Shown here: positions 12,094-22,495 of the stretch, piece after piece
Position numbering within the stretch: the stretch's first letter is position 1
Layout: each line of letters begins with the position of its first letter
Sequence record: MW822008.1
Reading direction: 5' to 3' (one strand)
DNA: 64,000 nt
From: Escherichia phage BF17
Made by a program: the position numbers and the translations under genes
The notes under the pieces: generated by a model
The model's database searches: none
Seen by the model: the letters and a program-made list of their open reading frames with translations, nothing else
Told to the model about the DNA's origin: nothing

Positions 12094-12510
12094 ATGAAAT
12101 ACAACATTGTCAAAATGGTGAACTACGTATTAAAAAACAACGCATGGTCACTGCATGATGTACAATTAGAAGATATTGGTGAAGTTAGAGTTTTTTGCTA
12201 TGATGGCGATTTGAACGAAACCACTGATTTGAGTAAATGTTTTAATATTTTTCTTGGTTATGAAATCAATAATCATTTTTATTCATTTGATGTGTATTTT
12301 GAACGAGTTAAAATCAGAATTGCTAATGTAAATAGTGATTATTATGACACTAGAATTGAATTGAATTTTGACGATATTGATACTGAAGAAAAATTCTTTC
12401 AGTACTGTCTCGTAAACGATCCAAATGGATTGACATTTGAGGACATTAAAGCTATACTTATAGTTCAAAGATTAATTCCAGAAGAGGTTATAAATCCCTT
12501 TAATGACTAG
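12094..12510 (+). CDS. hypothetical protein (EE-x-F-Q motif family), tandem paralog A
   Basis: 138-aa ORF; TEEKFFQYCLVND...RLI C-terminus similar to next ORF. Confidence 0.65.
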   Translation: MKYNIVKMVNYVLKNNAWSLHDVQLEDIGEVRVFCYDGDLNETTDLSKCFNIFLGYEINNHFYSFDVYFERVKIRIANVNSDYYDTRIELNFDDIDTEEKFFQYCLVNDPNGLTFEDIKAILIVQRLIPEEVINPFND

Positions 12511-12862
12511 TTTAATAACTCGTATAATGCAAGATGTTCGTAAGAATCTTAATACTGGTAATTTTGATGATCCTAACATAAAAATATTATGTTATGATGG
12601 ATTCACCCTAGTACATCCATCAGAATCTAATAATTTATACATAGTATATACTTCTCCTAATCTTTTGTATCGATTTGATTTATATACTACAATGGCTAAG
12701 ATAACATTAGGTGTTTCTAAGGAGCCAATTTTTATAGCAGTACGTGATTTTGAGTACACAGAAGAGTCATTATTCCAGTACTCAATGGTAAATGACATTG
12801 GTGACTTGACATTAGAAGAGATAAATGTTATAGTTGGTATGTGTCGTTTGATTAATCCATAA
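12503..12862 (+). CDS. hypothetical protein (EE-x-F-Q motif family), tandem paralog B
   Basis: 119-aa ORF; TEESLFQYSMVND...RLI. Confidence 0.65.
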   Translation: MTSLITRIMQDVRKNLNTGNFDDPNIKILCYDGFTLVHPSESNNLYIVYTSPNLLYRFDLYTTMAKITLGVSKEPIFIAVRDFEYTEESLFQYSMVNDIGDLTLEEINVIVGMCRLINP

Positions 12863-13066
12863 CTCGGAGCTTAATATGTTTTTGAATTTGTTATGCTTAT
12901 TTGGTCGTACATTGGTTCTTGCTATTATTCATACACCTGGTATTCGTAATTATGTTTCTTATGAATTTAAGAAAAATTACCACAACAATACTGAAGTTCG
13001 TGCAACTAAGATGTGCAAAGACTTCAATGGAGATGTTCCACCATTCAAGAAGTACGAGGATGAATA

Positions 13067-13351
13067 ATGGAATTTATTGTTGCACCTGATGAACTAAAAA
13101 CATTCACGTTCCGAGACAATAACAATTATCCTTATACAAATCATTCATTGAATTCATTGCATGTTATTTCAATCATTGCATCTGAATACAGAGACAATCC
13201 ATGTATTGATTTTAAAACCACTGATGGTGAATATACATGGGTAGTTCCGAACGATAAATACAGTTATCAGGGTGCAGTAGAGATCCGCGACTCGATTCTA
13301 AAGCAAATCGAAGATGGACATACTCATCCTAAACTAAACATTCAGTACTGA
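13067..13351 (+). CDS. hypothetical protein
   Basis: 94-aa ORF. Confidence 0.55.
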   Translation: MEFIVAPDELKTFTFRDNNNYPYTNHSLNSLHVISIIASEYRDNPCIDFKTTDGEYTWVVPNDKYSYQGAVEIRDSILKQIEDGHTHPKLNIQY

Positions 13352-13510
13352 AATCGTTTAACCGGATAGCTTCTAGTCGGTACTGAATTCCTCCTTTTGT
13401 CTAGAAGCTATCACTCTTTTAAAGTATAATGATATCACCCTCATGGTTCATTATATTCGTTACCCTCTAACAGTATCTTTTTATTCCTCTTTGATACTGT
13501 ATTTTAGAAG

Positions 13511-13540
13511 TTGACATTTTTACTTCTACTGTGTTATACT
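13511..13540 (+). promoter_or_regulatory. sigma70-like promoter TTGACA-N18-TATACT
   Basis: TTGACA 13511-13516, TATACT 13535-13540. Confidence 0.45.
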
Positions 13541-13543
13541 TAA

Positions 13544-13572
13544 GGCTGATTCATTATGAATCGGCCTTTTTT
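13544..13572 (+). terminator. hairpin + T-run immediately downstream of promoter (terminator or attenuator)
   Basis: GGCTGATTCAT / ATGAATCGGCC stem then TTTTTTCTTG. Confidence 0.5.
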
Positions 13573-13590
13573 CTTGTGGGGATTAATGTA

Positions 13591-14007
13591 ATGAATAAAG
13601 AAGTTATTAGTTTAATGGATGAGTATATCAACCAAACATATCGTTTTATATTTTTTAATGCATTTGAGTCCAGAACAACGTATTATTCTGGTGAATATGA
13701 GATAATAACTGGATCATTTCTTAACGGATACATGGAGTTTTTAGAACAAAGCGATAATGTGTTCATTTCCATATCTGAAAAACATGGTAATGATTATGTT
13801 ATTGATATGTGGCCTAATAAAGTAGAGATTGATACCACGCACAAAATCGTAATTGATGTGGATGAATCGTTGTATGATTTAACTGAAGATATGTACATGC
13901 AACTAAATTTCGTATACGATCTAACTAACATAAGTTATTCTAATCTAAGTAAATTATTTTATATTTGTGGTGTACTACATAAAAACGTACAACAAAATAA
14001 AGGATAA
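13591..14007 (+). CDS. hypothetical protein
   Basis: ORF track 13531-14007 trimmed to ATG 13591. Confidence 0.55.
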   Translation: MNKEVISLMDEYINQTYRFIFFNAFESRTTYYSGEYEIITGSFLNGYMEFLEQSDNVFISISEKHGNDYVIDMWPNKVEIDTTHKIVIDVDESLYDLTEDMYMQLNFVYDLTNISYSNLSKLFYICGVLHKNVQQNKG

Positions 14008-14079
14008 ACATTTAAATGTTGACAATTTACAACATAAATGGTATCTTTGAAATTGCCAGAACCCTACGAGGAAGATGAT

Positions 14080-14487
14080 ATGGTCAAAATTTTAAGTGAC
14101 AATGCAGTTGATATTGTCATTGATGTACTTGAAAACAGTAATACATTTGAGAAGAAACACAGTACTGTATACTTCGGTAAAGATTGCTGGTTGAGCTATA
14201 TATCTGATAAATCGTTTGTAATTCGTGTTGAAACGGGTGATATTGGATTTACGGTACATGCGGCACATACCAAAACTGATAAACAAATCACTGTTATTGC
14301 TGACACGCCAAGTATCTGGGATAGAATTGATGATTGTGAACACTACACGTCAACATTCTATGATACAGAAGAAGAACATTTCATGGATAGTACTGTTAAA
14401 GAATTAGCTATTCCATTTAAACTTATGAAAGCAGCAAGAGATTTTATTTTAAAATACAAAAAAATAGGAGTTGATGATGCAATTTAA
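14080..14487 (+). CDS. hypothetical protein (EE-x-F-Q motif family)
   Basis: ORF track 14038-14487; internal ATG 14080 follows GAGGA RBS; TEEEHFMDSTV motif. Confidence 0.6.
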   Translation: MVKILSDNAVDIVIDVLENSNTFEKKHSTVYFGKDCWLSYISDKSFVIRVETGDIGFTVHAAHTKTDKQITVIADTPSIWDRIDDCEHYTSTFYDTEEEHFMDSTVKELAIPFKLMKAARDFILKYKKIGVDDAI

Positions 14488-14923
14488 TGGTAAGGTTTCT
14501 AAAGTAGGTTTAGTTTTTGAAAATTGTGAGTTCATTGAGATTGATGTAAAGAATGTTTTATGGATGCATATTGCTGACGAGAAAACTCTTTGTAGTCGTT
14601 TTTCCAACGGTCTAACTATTAGTACTGGTATTGGTGAGTTCGGTATTGCATTGCGTAGTGATACACCATCGGATTTCATGGATAACTCTACACTGTTAGA
14701 CCGTTTAAAAATGCGTGATGTTACACACGTTTATCTTTATGATACTAATGGTGTTGAACAGCGTTATGTAGTTGAATGGGCTAATTATAACCTTAGTGAT
14801 CAATATTCAGTAAACCAGCGTGTTCAACTCACCCCTGGTGGTAATATTGTGTTTGTTAGTTCAACTGGTAAATTAATCAGTGTAGATGATGAAAGTATCG
14901 ATCTATTCACTTCATATAACTAA
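14471..14923 (+). CDS. hypothetical protein
   Basis: 150-aa ORF. Confidence 0.6.
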   Translation: MMMQFNGKVSKVGLVFENCEFIEIDVKNVLWMHIADEKTLCSRFSNGLTISTGIGEFGIALRSDTPSDFMDNSTLLDRLKMRDVTHVYLYDTNGVEQRYVVEWANYNLSDQYSVNQRVQLTPGGNIVFVSSTGKLISVDDESIDLFTSYN

Positions 14924-14934
14924 TATGAGCTACT

Positions 14935-15354
14935 ATGAAAACAATCAAAACACATTTCAAAGATACATGGACAGAAGTAAGTACTGGTAATATTCAAGAT
15001 ATTTTATACAGTACTGAAACTATTCATGTCTATGACGAAGAGACAGCAGCGGAGCAGTTAAAGGTATTGCATCGTAGTGTAGGTGAACACACCGAGTACG
15101 GTGTTAAACATACTCGTGAATTGGTAAGTACTGATCATATTGACACCTGTACTGTAAATCTATCAAAAGAAGAAATGTTTGATTTTATTCTAAACAATAC
15201 TTTAATAATTCATCCAGATGGATCACTATACAGTAAAACAGATGGTACACAAGTTCATAAAAAGTACAATGTGACCATCAATGATACGGTGATGTCTGGA
15301 TATGATTTAGTTGATGCAATCAACGAGTACGTTTCTATGCAGAGGTTGAAATGA
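14935..15354 (+). CDS. hypothetical protein
   Basis: 139-aa ORF. Confidence 0.6.
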   Translation: MKTIKTHFKDTWTEVSTGNIQDILYSTETIHVYDEETAAEQLKVLHRSVGEHTEYGVKHTRELVSTDHIDTCTVNLSKEEMFDFILNNTLIIHPDGSLYSKTDGTQVHKKYNVTINDTVMSGYDLVDAINEYVSMQRLK

Positions 15355-15716
15355 TTAATCTGATATATTTTACAATTATTTGTTGCATTACTATTGTACT
15401 TTGTCGTCTAATTCATGTATACTCATATCATAAAGCGTTGAGAATCGAACAAGAGATTTACAACGAAAACCGTGAGCCAGAGCCAGAGAAGCTACCCCGC
15501 TCACCATATGCATTGAAGCGTGAGATGCATTCCGAGAGTAAGAAGTGGGGTTATGCAATAACCAAGCATGGTTATATCTACACTGCTGCAAATGGCTATT
15601 TTCAAATTCACCATGATCTTTCAGTTGCGATTGGAATTTTATGGGAAATGGAGGATATAGGTGGTTATGAGCGTACTAAATTTCCAAACTTACAAAATGA
15701 TCCAGGAACTTCATGA
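15351..15716 (+). CDS. hypothetical membrane-anchored protein
   Basis: 121-aa ORF, N-terminal hydrophobic helix, ATGA overlap. Confidence 0.55.
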   Translation: MINLIYFTIICCITIVLCRLIHVYSYHKALRIEQEIYNENREPEPEKLPRSPYALKREMHSESKKWGYAITKHGYIYTAANGYFQIHHDLSVAIGILWEMEDIGGYERTKFPNLQNDPGTS

Positions 15717-15870
15717 AGAACATGATATAATTGTAGATGTAGAAAAGAAGGAAGTTGTTATGAAGAAGCAAGCATACCGCATCTTAGACAACTTCTATCT
15801 TAAGGCATTTATAATGAAGTTCTGTGCAGACGAGCACTTAACAGGACGTGTTATACGCAAGGAGTCGTAG

Positions 15871-16212
15871 ATGGACATGAGTTCAACAATTCAGTACTTG
15901 AGCGAGAATTTTGTCAAAATCATTTCACGTGGTGGTATGATTGTGCATCCTAAAACTGAAGATATGTATATCATTCGTTTTGATGCAAATTCTTATGATC
16001 AAGTACTTGTTGTTTCGAAATTAGTAGGTTATAATGAAGTCGTTCAGTTCTGCTGTACCGAGTTCGGTATCTATATTAAAGATGCAGAAACCAATGAGAT
16101 TTCACATTATTTTTATCACACACTGATGGGTACTAAAGATTTTGGATTGAAATTCAATGATTTAGTACAATGTCACTATATGTTTAAAACATACCCAGCA
16201 TCTGGGAAATAA
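15871..16212 (+). CDS. hypothetical protein
   Basis: 113-aa ORF. Confidence 0.6.
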   Translation: MDMSSTIQYLSENFVKIISRGGMIVHPKTEDMYIIRFDANSYDQVLVVSKLVGYNEVVQFCCTEFGIYIKDAETNEISHYFYHTLMGTKDFGLKFNDLVQCHYMFKTYPASGK

Positions 16213-16223
16213 GGAGTAACAAT

Positions 16224-17039
16224 ATGAGCAACATTTTCTTCAAAACCATTTCCTTCAAAAAAGAATCTTACTCTTACGCTTATGTAGATGGTAAAGTACT
16301 CAATATCGTTCTAGATGGTGTTGATGTGCCTGTTCAATTTACCAGTCATCAAGAAGCGATTGAGGGTGCTCAAGAGCTTAACAGCTTACTAAATGGTATT
16401 GAGAAGAAACCTGAAGTTAAATCTGACCTTGATTTATTGGTTGACAAAATTAAAAGTGGTGAACTATTATCAATTCTAGACCAGTGTAATGAAAAATTAC
16501 GTGGTGTTGTTGGTGATGTACGTACTACAGTTCAAGATCGTCTACTTGAGCAAGCATTCAAAGAAGTTACTAAGAAAACTGAAGAACGTGTTGAAGGTAT
16601 GATTAAAAACATTGATGACGTTCTCACTCATATGTTCACCAAGCCATACGAATCAAGTACTGATTCTGACGAGAAACAAGAAGAACCAGTAGAACGCACT
16701 AAGCCATCTATTGTTACTAAAGTTAAACATAGTTTTGGGTCACTGGATGATGTATTTGGCTTTACAAATGTACGTGTTAGTACTGATGAAAAGCCAGAAG
16801 TTGATGAAATGCTAATTGGTGACATGACAACTGGACAACTCAAAAAAGAGATTGATACCTTTGTTAATGAACTAATTAGTTCTGAACGTGCTGAAAATAT
16901 GTTTAGCAGTATTTCAGCTAACTTCGGTAAAGAAGCAACTGAGCAAGCAGTACAGGCATTCAAAGATTTGATTTACACTGTCGCAATTGCTAATCCAGAA
17001 CAAACACTGGAAGAAGTTCTACGTAAAAACTTCAAATAA
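16224..17039 (+). CDS. hypothetical acidic protein
   Basis: 271-aa ORF, AGGAG RBS, followed by terminator. Confidence 0.7.
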   Translation: MSNIFFKTISFKKESYSYAYVDGKVLNIVLDGVDVPVQFTSHQEAIEGAQELNSLLNGIEKKPEVKSDLDLLVDKIKSGELLSILDQCNEKLRGVVGDVRTTVQDRLLEQAFKEVTKKTEERVEGMIKNIDDVLTHMFTKPYESSTDSDEKQEEPVERTKPSIVTKVKHSFGSLDDVFGFTNVRVSTDEKPEVDEMLIGDMTTGQLKKEIDTFVNELISSERAENMFSSISANFGKEATEQAVQAFKDLIYTVAIANPEQTLEEVLRKNFK

Positions 17040-17053
17040 GATATAGATAAAAG

Positions 17054-17082
17054 AAAAGCCACTACATTGTAGTGGCTTTTTT
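17054..17082. terminator. bidirectional intrinsic terminator between convergent genes
   Basis: AAAAGCCACTACA / TGTAGTGGCTTTT palindrome flanked by A-run and T-run. Confidence 0.7.
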
Positions 17083-17083
17083 G

Positions 17084-18241
17084 TTATGCGTTATAACCAA
17101 CAATGACTACAGTACAGCCAAATGGTTCAACAACTTTTAATACAACATTATCATCTGCATCGAGTTCAACTTCACTTAGAACAACATGATTGTCTTCAGC
17201 ATATACTTGAACTTGTGGGAGGATTTTACCATGTTCACTGACAGGAATGGACAGTGTGTACATAGAATCACCATCAACTACCCAATCACTATCGGTATAC
17301 GTGTTGTGATATGGAGTGGTGTGTAAGGTTTTACCAATAATACTCAATGAGATTGGAGCGTCATCAGTTTGGTACACAGTAATATTACCGCTAGGATCTA
17401 CAATGAGGTCTACTCCAATTTGGAATAAATCACCACTGTATGCTTGTAGAGCAAGATACTCACCACGCTCATGCACAGTAGCTGGTACAGTTGCCATGTA
17501 CATACCATCGGACGTGTACTCAAACTGAGATAGAAGTACTGAAGTAACGAAGTCAATATCTTCTCCGCTTTCTAGTATATCAAATTCAATAGTTTTGGTA
17601 TTATATATGTCAGAAGTGAGTATGATGGTTCCTTTACCGGATTGAGTAATTGGATCAACTGGAATACTAAAAACATCATCAATTATTTCAGTTGTGAAGT
17701 ACTCGGTTCCGTCAGGAAGTATAACGGTAATACGCATTCCAGTTGTATCAATGGCTGAACCTGCGTTGAATAGGCGACCACCTACCAAATCATCACCTAC
17801 GAACGTTGGGGACATAAGGATGTTGTCTATATCTCTATCTATAATCCCGCATTCAGGGGTGTACATATTATATAGTGTTTGTGAACTACCTAGAATTGTT
17901 TTGTGCAAAAGAAACTTATAAACAAACCCAGTAGGATCTGATTCAAGTTTAGCATCTGAGTATCCTCTTACGAAAAAAGAGTTCTTTCTTATTTCACTTA
18001 GGATTTGGTCATTAGTTTTGTTGTAGTTTAATTGATATCCTTGTATATCCTTTGTTGTAATTTGTACTTTACGATAAATTACATTACTTACAGGATCAAG
18101 TAAATCATATAATCTATGGCTTCTCTGACGATAGATTCGAACATTTTTGAGTTTAGTCCCATCGTTGAGAATTGCACCATCGACTACATATCCACATTCA
18201 CCGAACTTATATCGTCCAGCAGCAGCAATCGATCTTGACAT
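17084..18241 (-). CDS. hypothetical beta-rich protein (possible structural protein)
   Basis: 385-aa ORF on minus strand with GGAGGG RBS; lone minus-strand gene within the plus-strand block. Confidence 0.75.
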   Translation of the reverse strand: MSRSIAAAGRYKFGECGYVVDGAILNDGTKLKNVRIYRQRSHRLYDLLDPVSNVIYRKVQITTKDIQGYQLNYNKTNDQILSEIRKNSFFVRGYSDAKLESDPTGFVYKFLLHKTILGSSQTLYNMYTPECGIIDRDIDNILMSPTFVGDDLVGGRLFNAGSAIDTTGMRITVILPDGTEYFTTEIIDDVFSIPVDPITQSGKGTIILTSDIYNTKTIEFDILESGEDIDFVTSVLLSQFEYTSDGMYMATVPATVHERGEYLALQAYSGDLFQIGVDLIVDPSGNITVYQTDDAPISLSIIGKTLHTTPYHNTYTDSDWVVDGDSMYTLSIPVSEHGKILPQVQVYAEDNHVVLSEVELDADDNVVLKVVEPFGCTVVIVGYNA

Positions 18242-18301
18242 TCATCCCTCCATTGGTATAATTATTATAACGTATTTATTCTAGATAGGTAAAAAAGCAC
18301 C

Positions 18302-18330
18302 TTGACTGAGTTGTGTTTTTGACGTATACT
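18302..18330 (+). promoter_or_regulatory. sigma70-like promoter TTGACT-N17-TATACT
   Basis: Upstream of ORF 18358. Confidence 0.5.
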
Positions 18331-18357
18331 TAAATGGAATATCAATAAGGGGATTTT

Positions 18358-18942
18358 ATGAGTGTTGTAGAAAAACGTTTAGTACTGAAAAATGGTAAAA
18401 TGACTGTTAAGCTATACAAAGATGAAGCTGATTCTTTTATGGCTAAAGCAATTGAGAAATCCGAACGATATAAAATTCTTGCACCTGCAAGTAAATCGCC
18501 GTATGGATTTAATCACGCTCACAGTCATTTTGTAGGGATGGTATGTGAACATGCATCATTTGTACTTTTTAATGAAATTGAAAACTATTCAGGTATTGCA
18601 CTTAACATTGATCCAGCGTTCCAAAGTGATGGTCGTGATGGTGAATGTGATATCAAAGTAAACAACTTAAGAATTGAAGTGAAAGGCATCAAGTACAAAT
18701 CGTGGACCGACTTTGGACCATGTGTTAGTACTCGACAGTTAAAAAATATACAGAAAAAAGCTGACGTTATTCTGTGGGTATTGTATAATGAGAAAAAGCA
18801 AGAATTCACATTTGAGGGATTCAACTATGTAAAAGACATTAGTTCGATTCCAGTTGTGCTAACAGGTGTACCAGGGCGACCGATGATTGAAAATCACCCA
18901 GTACTGAGTATTATTAAACCACTTCAGGAGTTACCATTATGA
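18358..18942 (+). CDS. hypothetical protein
   Basis: 194-aa ORF; a DGECDIK / IEVKG stretch could be a PD-(D/E)xK-type nuclease motif, unverified. Confidence 0.6.
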   Translation: MSVVEKRLVLKNGKMTVKLYKDEADSFMAKAIEKSERYKILAPASKSPYGFNHAHSHFVGMVCEHASFVLFNEIENYSGIALNIDPAFQSDGRDGECDIKVNNLRIEVKGIKYKSWTDFGPCVSTRQLKNIQKKADVILWVLYNEKKQEFTFEGFNYVKDISSIPVVLTGVPGRPMIENHPVLSIIKPLQELPL

Positions 18943-19166
18943 TTACTGCCACTGTATATCAAGATATTAATGAAGAATTTAATTCTAAAATTGCATTTTT
19001 ATCCTTTCCCGTATTGCCAGCTATTGGTGCTACGTTGAATCTTACAATCTGTGGCTTTGAAAAATACTATGAAGTACTAGATATTGAGTACTGTGCAGAT
19101 GTTTATTCATGCAACAGTGAGATTGCTATTCCTGTGCAAATCGACATTATTGTAAAAGAGGTTTGA
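18939..19166 (+). CDS. hypothetical protein
   Basis: 75-aa ORF, ATGA overlap. Confidence 0.5.
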   Translation: MITATVYQDINEEFNSKIAFLSFPVLPAIGATLNLTICGFEKYYEVLDIEYCADVYSCNSEIAIPVQIDIIVKEV

Positions 19167-19627
19167 TTATGTTTAAACACTTTCTAGTAATCACTGCTGT
19201 TGTATTCAGTACTTCCTGCTTTGTAGCACCAGTACATGCGGAAGACCAGCGTCAAACAATCAAGACGATTGGAACAGGGAAAGCCCAACCAAAACGTACT
19301 GCTGAAGAATACATGCCTGAGATGCGTGAACGTTACCGCCAGCAATACCGTGAAAAACATGCTAATGATAAGCCTATCAAAAAGCATAAATGGAATGTAG
19401 TCAAATCGCCATCGTTTTGTGCTGGGTATGCTAAGGTTAAGGATGAACAGCACAACAAGCAGTACTATAAAGATATGTACACATTCTATGATTCGAGGAT
19501 CTCGGATGATGACATGATGGCTGCTAAGGTTGATAAAGAAGAATTTCTTCAGGGTTATGACATGACCGATGATGACAAGATCATGGAATGTGTTGAAGTA
19601 TATGAAAAATACAGAGGTTTTGAATGA
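19163..19627 (+). CDS. hypothetical secreted protein
   Basis: 154-aa ORF with N-terminal signal-peptide-like segment ending ...VHAEDQ. Confidence 0.65.
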   Translation: MIMFKHFLVITAVVFSTSCFVAPVHAEDQRQTIKTIGTGKAQPKRTAEEYMPEMRERYRQQYREKHANDKPIKKHKWNVVKSPSFCAGYAKVKDEQHNKQYYKDMYTFYDSRISDDDMMAAKVDKEEFLQGYDMTDDDKIMECVEVYEKYRGFE

Positions 19628-20067
19628 CACTTTTGCTGATTCTAGGTTTATTAGTGTCATATTTCATTTTTCTTAACATCTTCTCTGATGCATCACATTT
19701 TGCATATGCTTCAGCTATTGCAAAACACGAAGGGATAAAGAAGTATATTCCTGCATTGTTATTCTCATATATGTACCATCCAAGGTACTTTACACTAGGT
19801 GTGTTTGACAAGTATGTATACGACGAAAAAGCACTCAATGAAATTGAATACTTTGTAAGAACTCATGCTAATAACAATCCAAAATCATTAATTAACTTTA
19901 CTGATAATCGTAAACGTGTTAGTATTAGAACTGACTTGTATCCTACCAGTCACTTTCATCTAGGTGATTGGGGTGTGTACAGGATTAGATACGAAAACTT
20001 ACTGTTACCACCATCACATGTAAGATACATAGAAAAATATTTGTTGAAATGTGTTGACTCCAAATAG
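19624..20067 (+). CDS. hypothetical membrane-anchored protein
   Basis: 147-aa ORF, N-terminal hydrophobic helix. Confidence 0.6.
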   Translation: MTLLLILGLLVSYFIFLNIFSDASHFAYASAIAKHEGIKKYIPALLFSYMYHPRYFTLGVFDKYVYDEKALNEIEYFVRTHANNNPKSLINFTDNRKRVSIRTDLYPTSHFHLGDWGVYRIRYENLLLPPSHVRYIEKYLLKCVDSK

Positions 20068-20083
20068 TAAATGGCAGTATAAT
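20054..20083 (+). promoter_or_regulatory. sigma70-like promoter TTGACT-N18-TATAAT
   Basis: -35 lies within the 3' end of the upstream ORF. Confidence 0.5.
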
Positions 20084-20120
20084 AGCTTCATACCGCAATA
20101 ACTGACAAGAGGATTTAACG

Positions 20121-20579
20121 ATGGACGTATTAGCTACTCAATTCAAACGCAACGCAGAAGAACGTGAAGGTTACCTAAGTATCAGTGAAGTGGTTGAGGA
20201 TGGATTCAAGCAGTACATTTTCAACAGTGCAATTAAACTGAAGCCAACAAAAGATTCACCGGATCGCAGCTTCACCAAGTGGATTGCATTCTGGGAAGAG
20301 TCACCAATTGCAATCGAAATGACTGTCATTACTACAGTACTAGAAACTGGTTACATCAAAGCAATTGTAGTTGATAAGAAAGTTCGTACTCTTGATGAAA
20401 TCGGGACATACCCAGCACGTAACTCTAAAGTATTTGGGTGTTTAGTTGATGGTAAGTTTATGATTGAAAAAGATGCTAAGAACTATGTAATTGATAAACT
20501 ACAAACCAGTGCTACTAAACAGGAAGTCGTAGACCAGAACGCAGTGGATGCTATTAAAAAGGCATGGGGACTGAAATAA
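20121..20579 (+). CDS. hypothetical protein
   Basis: 152-aa ORF, GAGGA RBS. Confidence 0.65.
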   Translation: MDVLATQFKRNAEEREGYLSISEVVEDGFKQYIFNSAIKLKPTKDSPDRSFTKWIAFWEESPIAIEMTVITTVLETGYIKAIVVDKKVRTLDEIGTYPARNSKVFGCLVDGKFMIEKDAKNYVIDKLQTSATKQEVVDQNAVDAIKKAWGLK

Positions 20580-21001
20580 TGTTCACACTTAGCAATGCAA
20601 AGTATCTATTTCTTATTGCTATTATTGGTTGGGTTATGGCTCCAGTGCTTAATGCACTGGGGTTTCCAGACGGACATAAACTTGTAAATGTTTCAGGTGT
20701 AATCCAGGGCATTTCATGGTATTCATTGATTATATTTTCTATATGTATTCATACTTTTGCACGTGATTGCCGCCGTCTGCTTTTTGTTAAAGTATTCGGT
20801 ACTAAGAGATATAGTTTTGTGTTTACATTTATTTTAATACCATGTATTATCTATGCTTTTGTATTTGATTACTATACTTATCTGTGGGTGTGTGGTTCTA
20901 TGTTTGTTATGTTGGAATATACAAGAACTGTTCAAAACTCATATGCTGATGAGTATTATGATCTTGAAGTTAAACGAAAATTAACGGAGCTAAACAAATG
21001 A
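20579..21001 (+). CDS. multi-pass membrane protein
   Basis: ORF track 20564-21001 trimmed to ATG overlapping upstream stop; several hydrophobic segments. Confidence 0.6.
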   Translation: MFTLSNAKYLFLIAIIGWVMAPVLNALGFPDGHKLVNVSGVIQGISWYSLIIFSICIHTFARDCRRLLFVKVFGTKRYSFVFTFILIPCIIYAFVFDYYTYLWVCGSMFVMLEYTRTVQNSYADEYYDLEVKRKLTELNK

Positions 21002-21423
21002 GGGGATACAATAAGATTTGTATTTTTGTATTTTTAGTTTGTGCAATCAATACATTTGGATATTACTGTACTGAAAACAACATTTCATATGGTTTAAATC
21101 CTTTGTGGTTTACAATTGCCAATGTAGCACAAATTGGTATTGCTGTTATGTCTGCACTTATGTTCTGTCCAATTGTCACTATGGATACTGATCATGAAAG
21201 GCTTGGATTTATCCGTGATACTGGAGACGAACCTTACAGTAGATTGATTGTGTTGTATCCATTTATTGTTATTTTAGGTACTAACATCCAACTTGGGTCT
21301 TTATCTAATAGTGTTACTTCAGCAGCCATTACAGTCTTTGCATTCACATTTTTTATGGTACACAAATCAGTACTCAAATGGCACATCACCAAAATGGCAG
21401 AGAAAGGTACAGAAAACAGTTGA
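20998..21423 (+). CDS. multi-pass membrane protein
   Basis: 141-aa ORF, hydrophobic segments, ATGA overlap. Confidence 0.6.
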   Translation: MRGYNKICIFVFLVCAINTFGYYCTENNISYGLNPLWFTIANVAQIGIAVMSALMFCPIVTMDTDHERLGFIRDTGDEPYSRLIVLYPFIVILGTNIQLGSLSNSVTSAAITVFAFTFFMVHKSVLKWHITKMAEKGTENS

Positions 21424-21482
21424 CGTGAGTTATTGAGAGATATATAATTATTACATCAAAACTGGGAAATGGTAAGGAACTT

Positions 21483-21734
21483 ATGAACATCGATAAGGTC
21501 AAAGAACTTAGTGAAGCACTAATTAAGAACGAAGAAGCTTGTGAAGAACTTCGCAGTACTATCAAAGTTGAGTACGCACGACTCCAAGGTATGCTTCAAG
21601 AATCAGAATGGGTAGTAACTAAATCTATCGAAGCAATCTATAAGGATATCGAATCCCTTTTCAACAAGAAAAGTAAGATTGAATCTGATTCATATAACAA
21701 ACGTAAAGAGTTATCTACTGCACTTGGTATCTAA
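21483..21734 (+). CDS. hypothetical protein
   Basis: 83-aa ORF. Confidence 0.55.
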   Translation: MNIDKVKELSEALIKNEEACEELRSTIKVEYARLQGMLQESEWVVTKSIEAIYKDIESLFNKKSKIESDSYNKRKELSTALGI

Positions 21735-21740
21735 AAGTAT

Positions 21741-21769
21741 TTGACATAACAAATAATATGGAGTACAAT
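21741..21769 (+). promoter_or_regulatory. sigma70-like promoter TTGACA-N17-TACAAT
   Basis: Upstream of ORF 21809. Confidence 0.5.
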
Positions 21770-21808
21770 GTGCTCCTAATTTAATTATCAGCTAAAAAGG
21801 AAAACATT

Positions 21809-22069
21809 ATGAAATCTATTCTCGTTGCAGTTAACCAGGTTGCTTCCCCATCTTTTAACTTCAAACAAGTTGTTGCTGATAATCTGAAGAAGATCTGTCC
21901 AAACGCTGAATTGACTTTCTGTGTGTTTGATTCAGAAAAAGTAACTAAAGTTGATCTAAACTATCTTTTGAACGAAGTACAAAGTATTTCTGGTGAAAGT
22001 AACTTAAAAGTTCTTCATGAGATTGCAGAAGATTATGATGCCACTCTAGTAATTTCGGAGAAATTCTAA
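21809..22069 (+). CDS. hypothetical protein
   Basis: 86-aa ORF. Confidence 0.55.
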   Translation: MKSILVAVNQVASPSFNFKQVVADNLKKICPNAELTFCVFDSEKVTKVDLNYLLNEVQSISGESNLKVLHEIAEDYDATLVISEKF

Positions 22070-22074
22070 ATCAA

Positions 22075-22494
22075 ATGATTACATTCATTCAGTACTTAAT
22101 CATTAAATTTTTTGGCTATTATACGATTGAAGGCAAAGCTACACTTGCACATAAAATCTTCGTAGCATTATGTACTGGTGATTACCCTGTATTGAATAAG
22201 TACTGTAAATCTCAAGCATGTATTGATATAATGGCACTTCGCATCTATGAGTGCCGTTCAAATAGATACAATTTTTTCCAGTACAGATATGATAAAGATA
22301 ATTTTGATAGCATTAAAATGCTAAAGAATTTATGTAATAATAAAAAGAATATGCATATATCTGAATTTGTTGCATTGTATTTTTATTTAAAAAGTTCATT
22401 ATACATGAATACACTTCAACGCTTCGATACTAGAATTAATGTATTCAACGATAAAGAATTTTATATCTATGATAAATTTTTAGATAAGGTTTAA
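22075..22494 (+). CDS. hypothetical protein
   Basis: 139-aa ORF. Confidence 0.6.
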   Translation: MITFIQYLIIKFFGYYTIEGKATLAHKIFVALCTGDYPVLNKYCKSQACIDIMALRIYECRSNRYNFFQYRYDKDNFDSIKMLKNLCNNKKNMHISEFVALYFYLKSSLYMNTLQRFDTRINVFNDKEFYIYDKFLDKV

Positions 22495-22495
22495 T

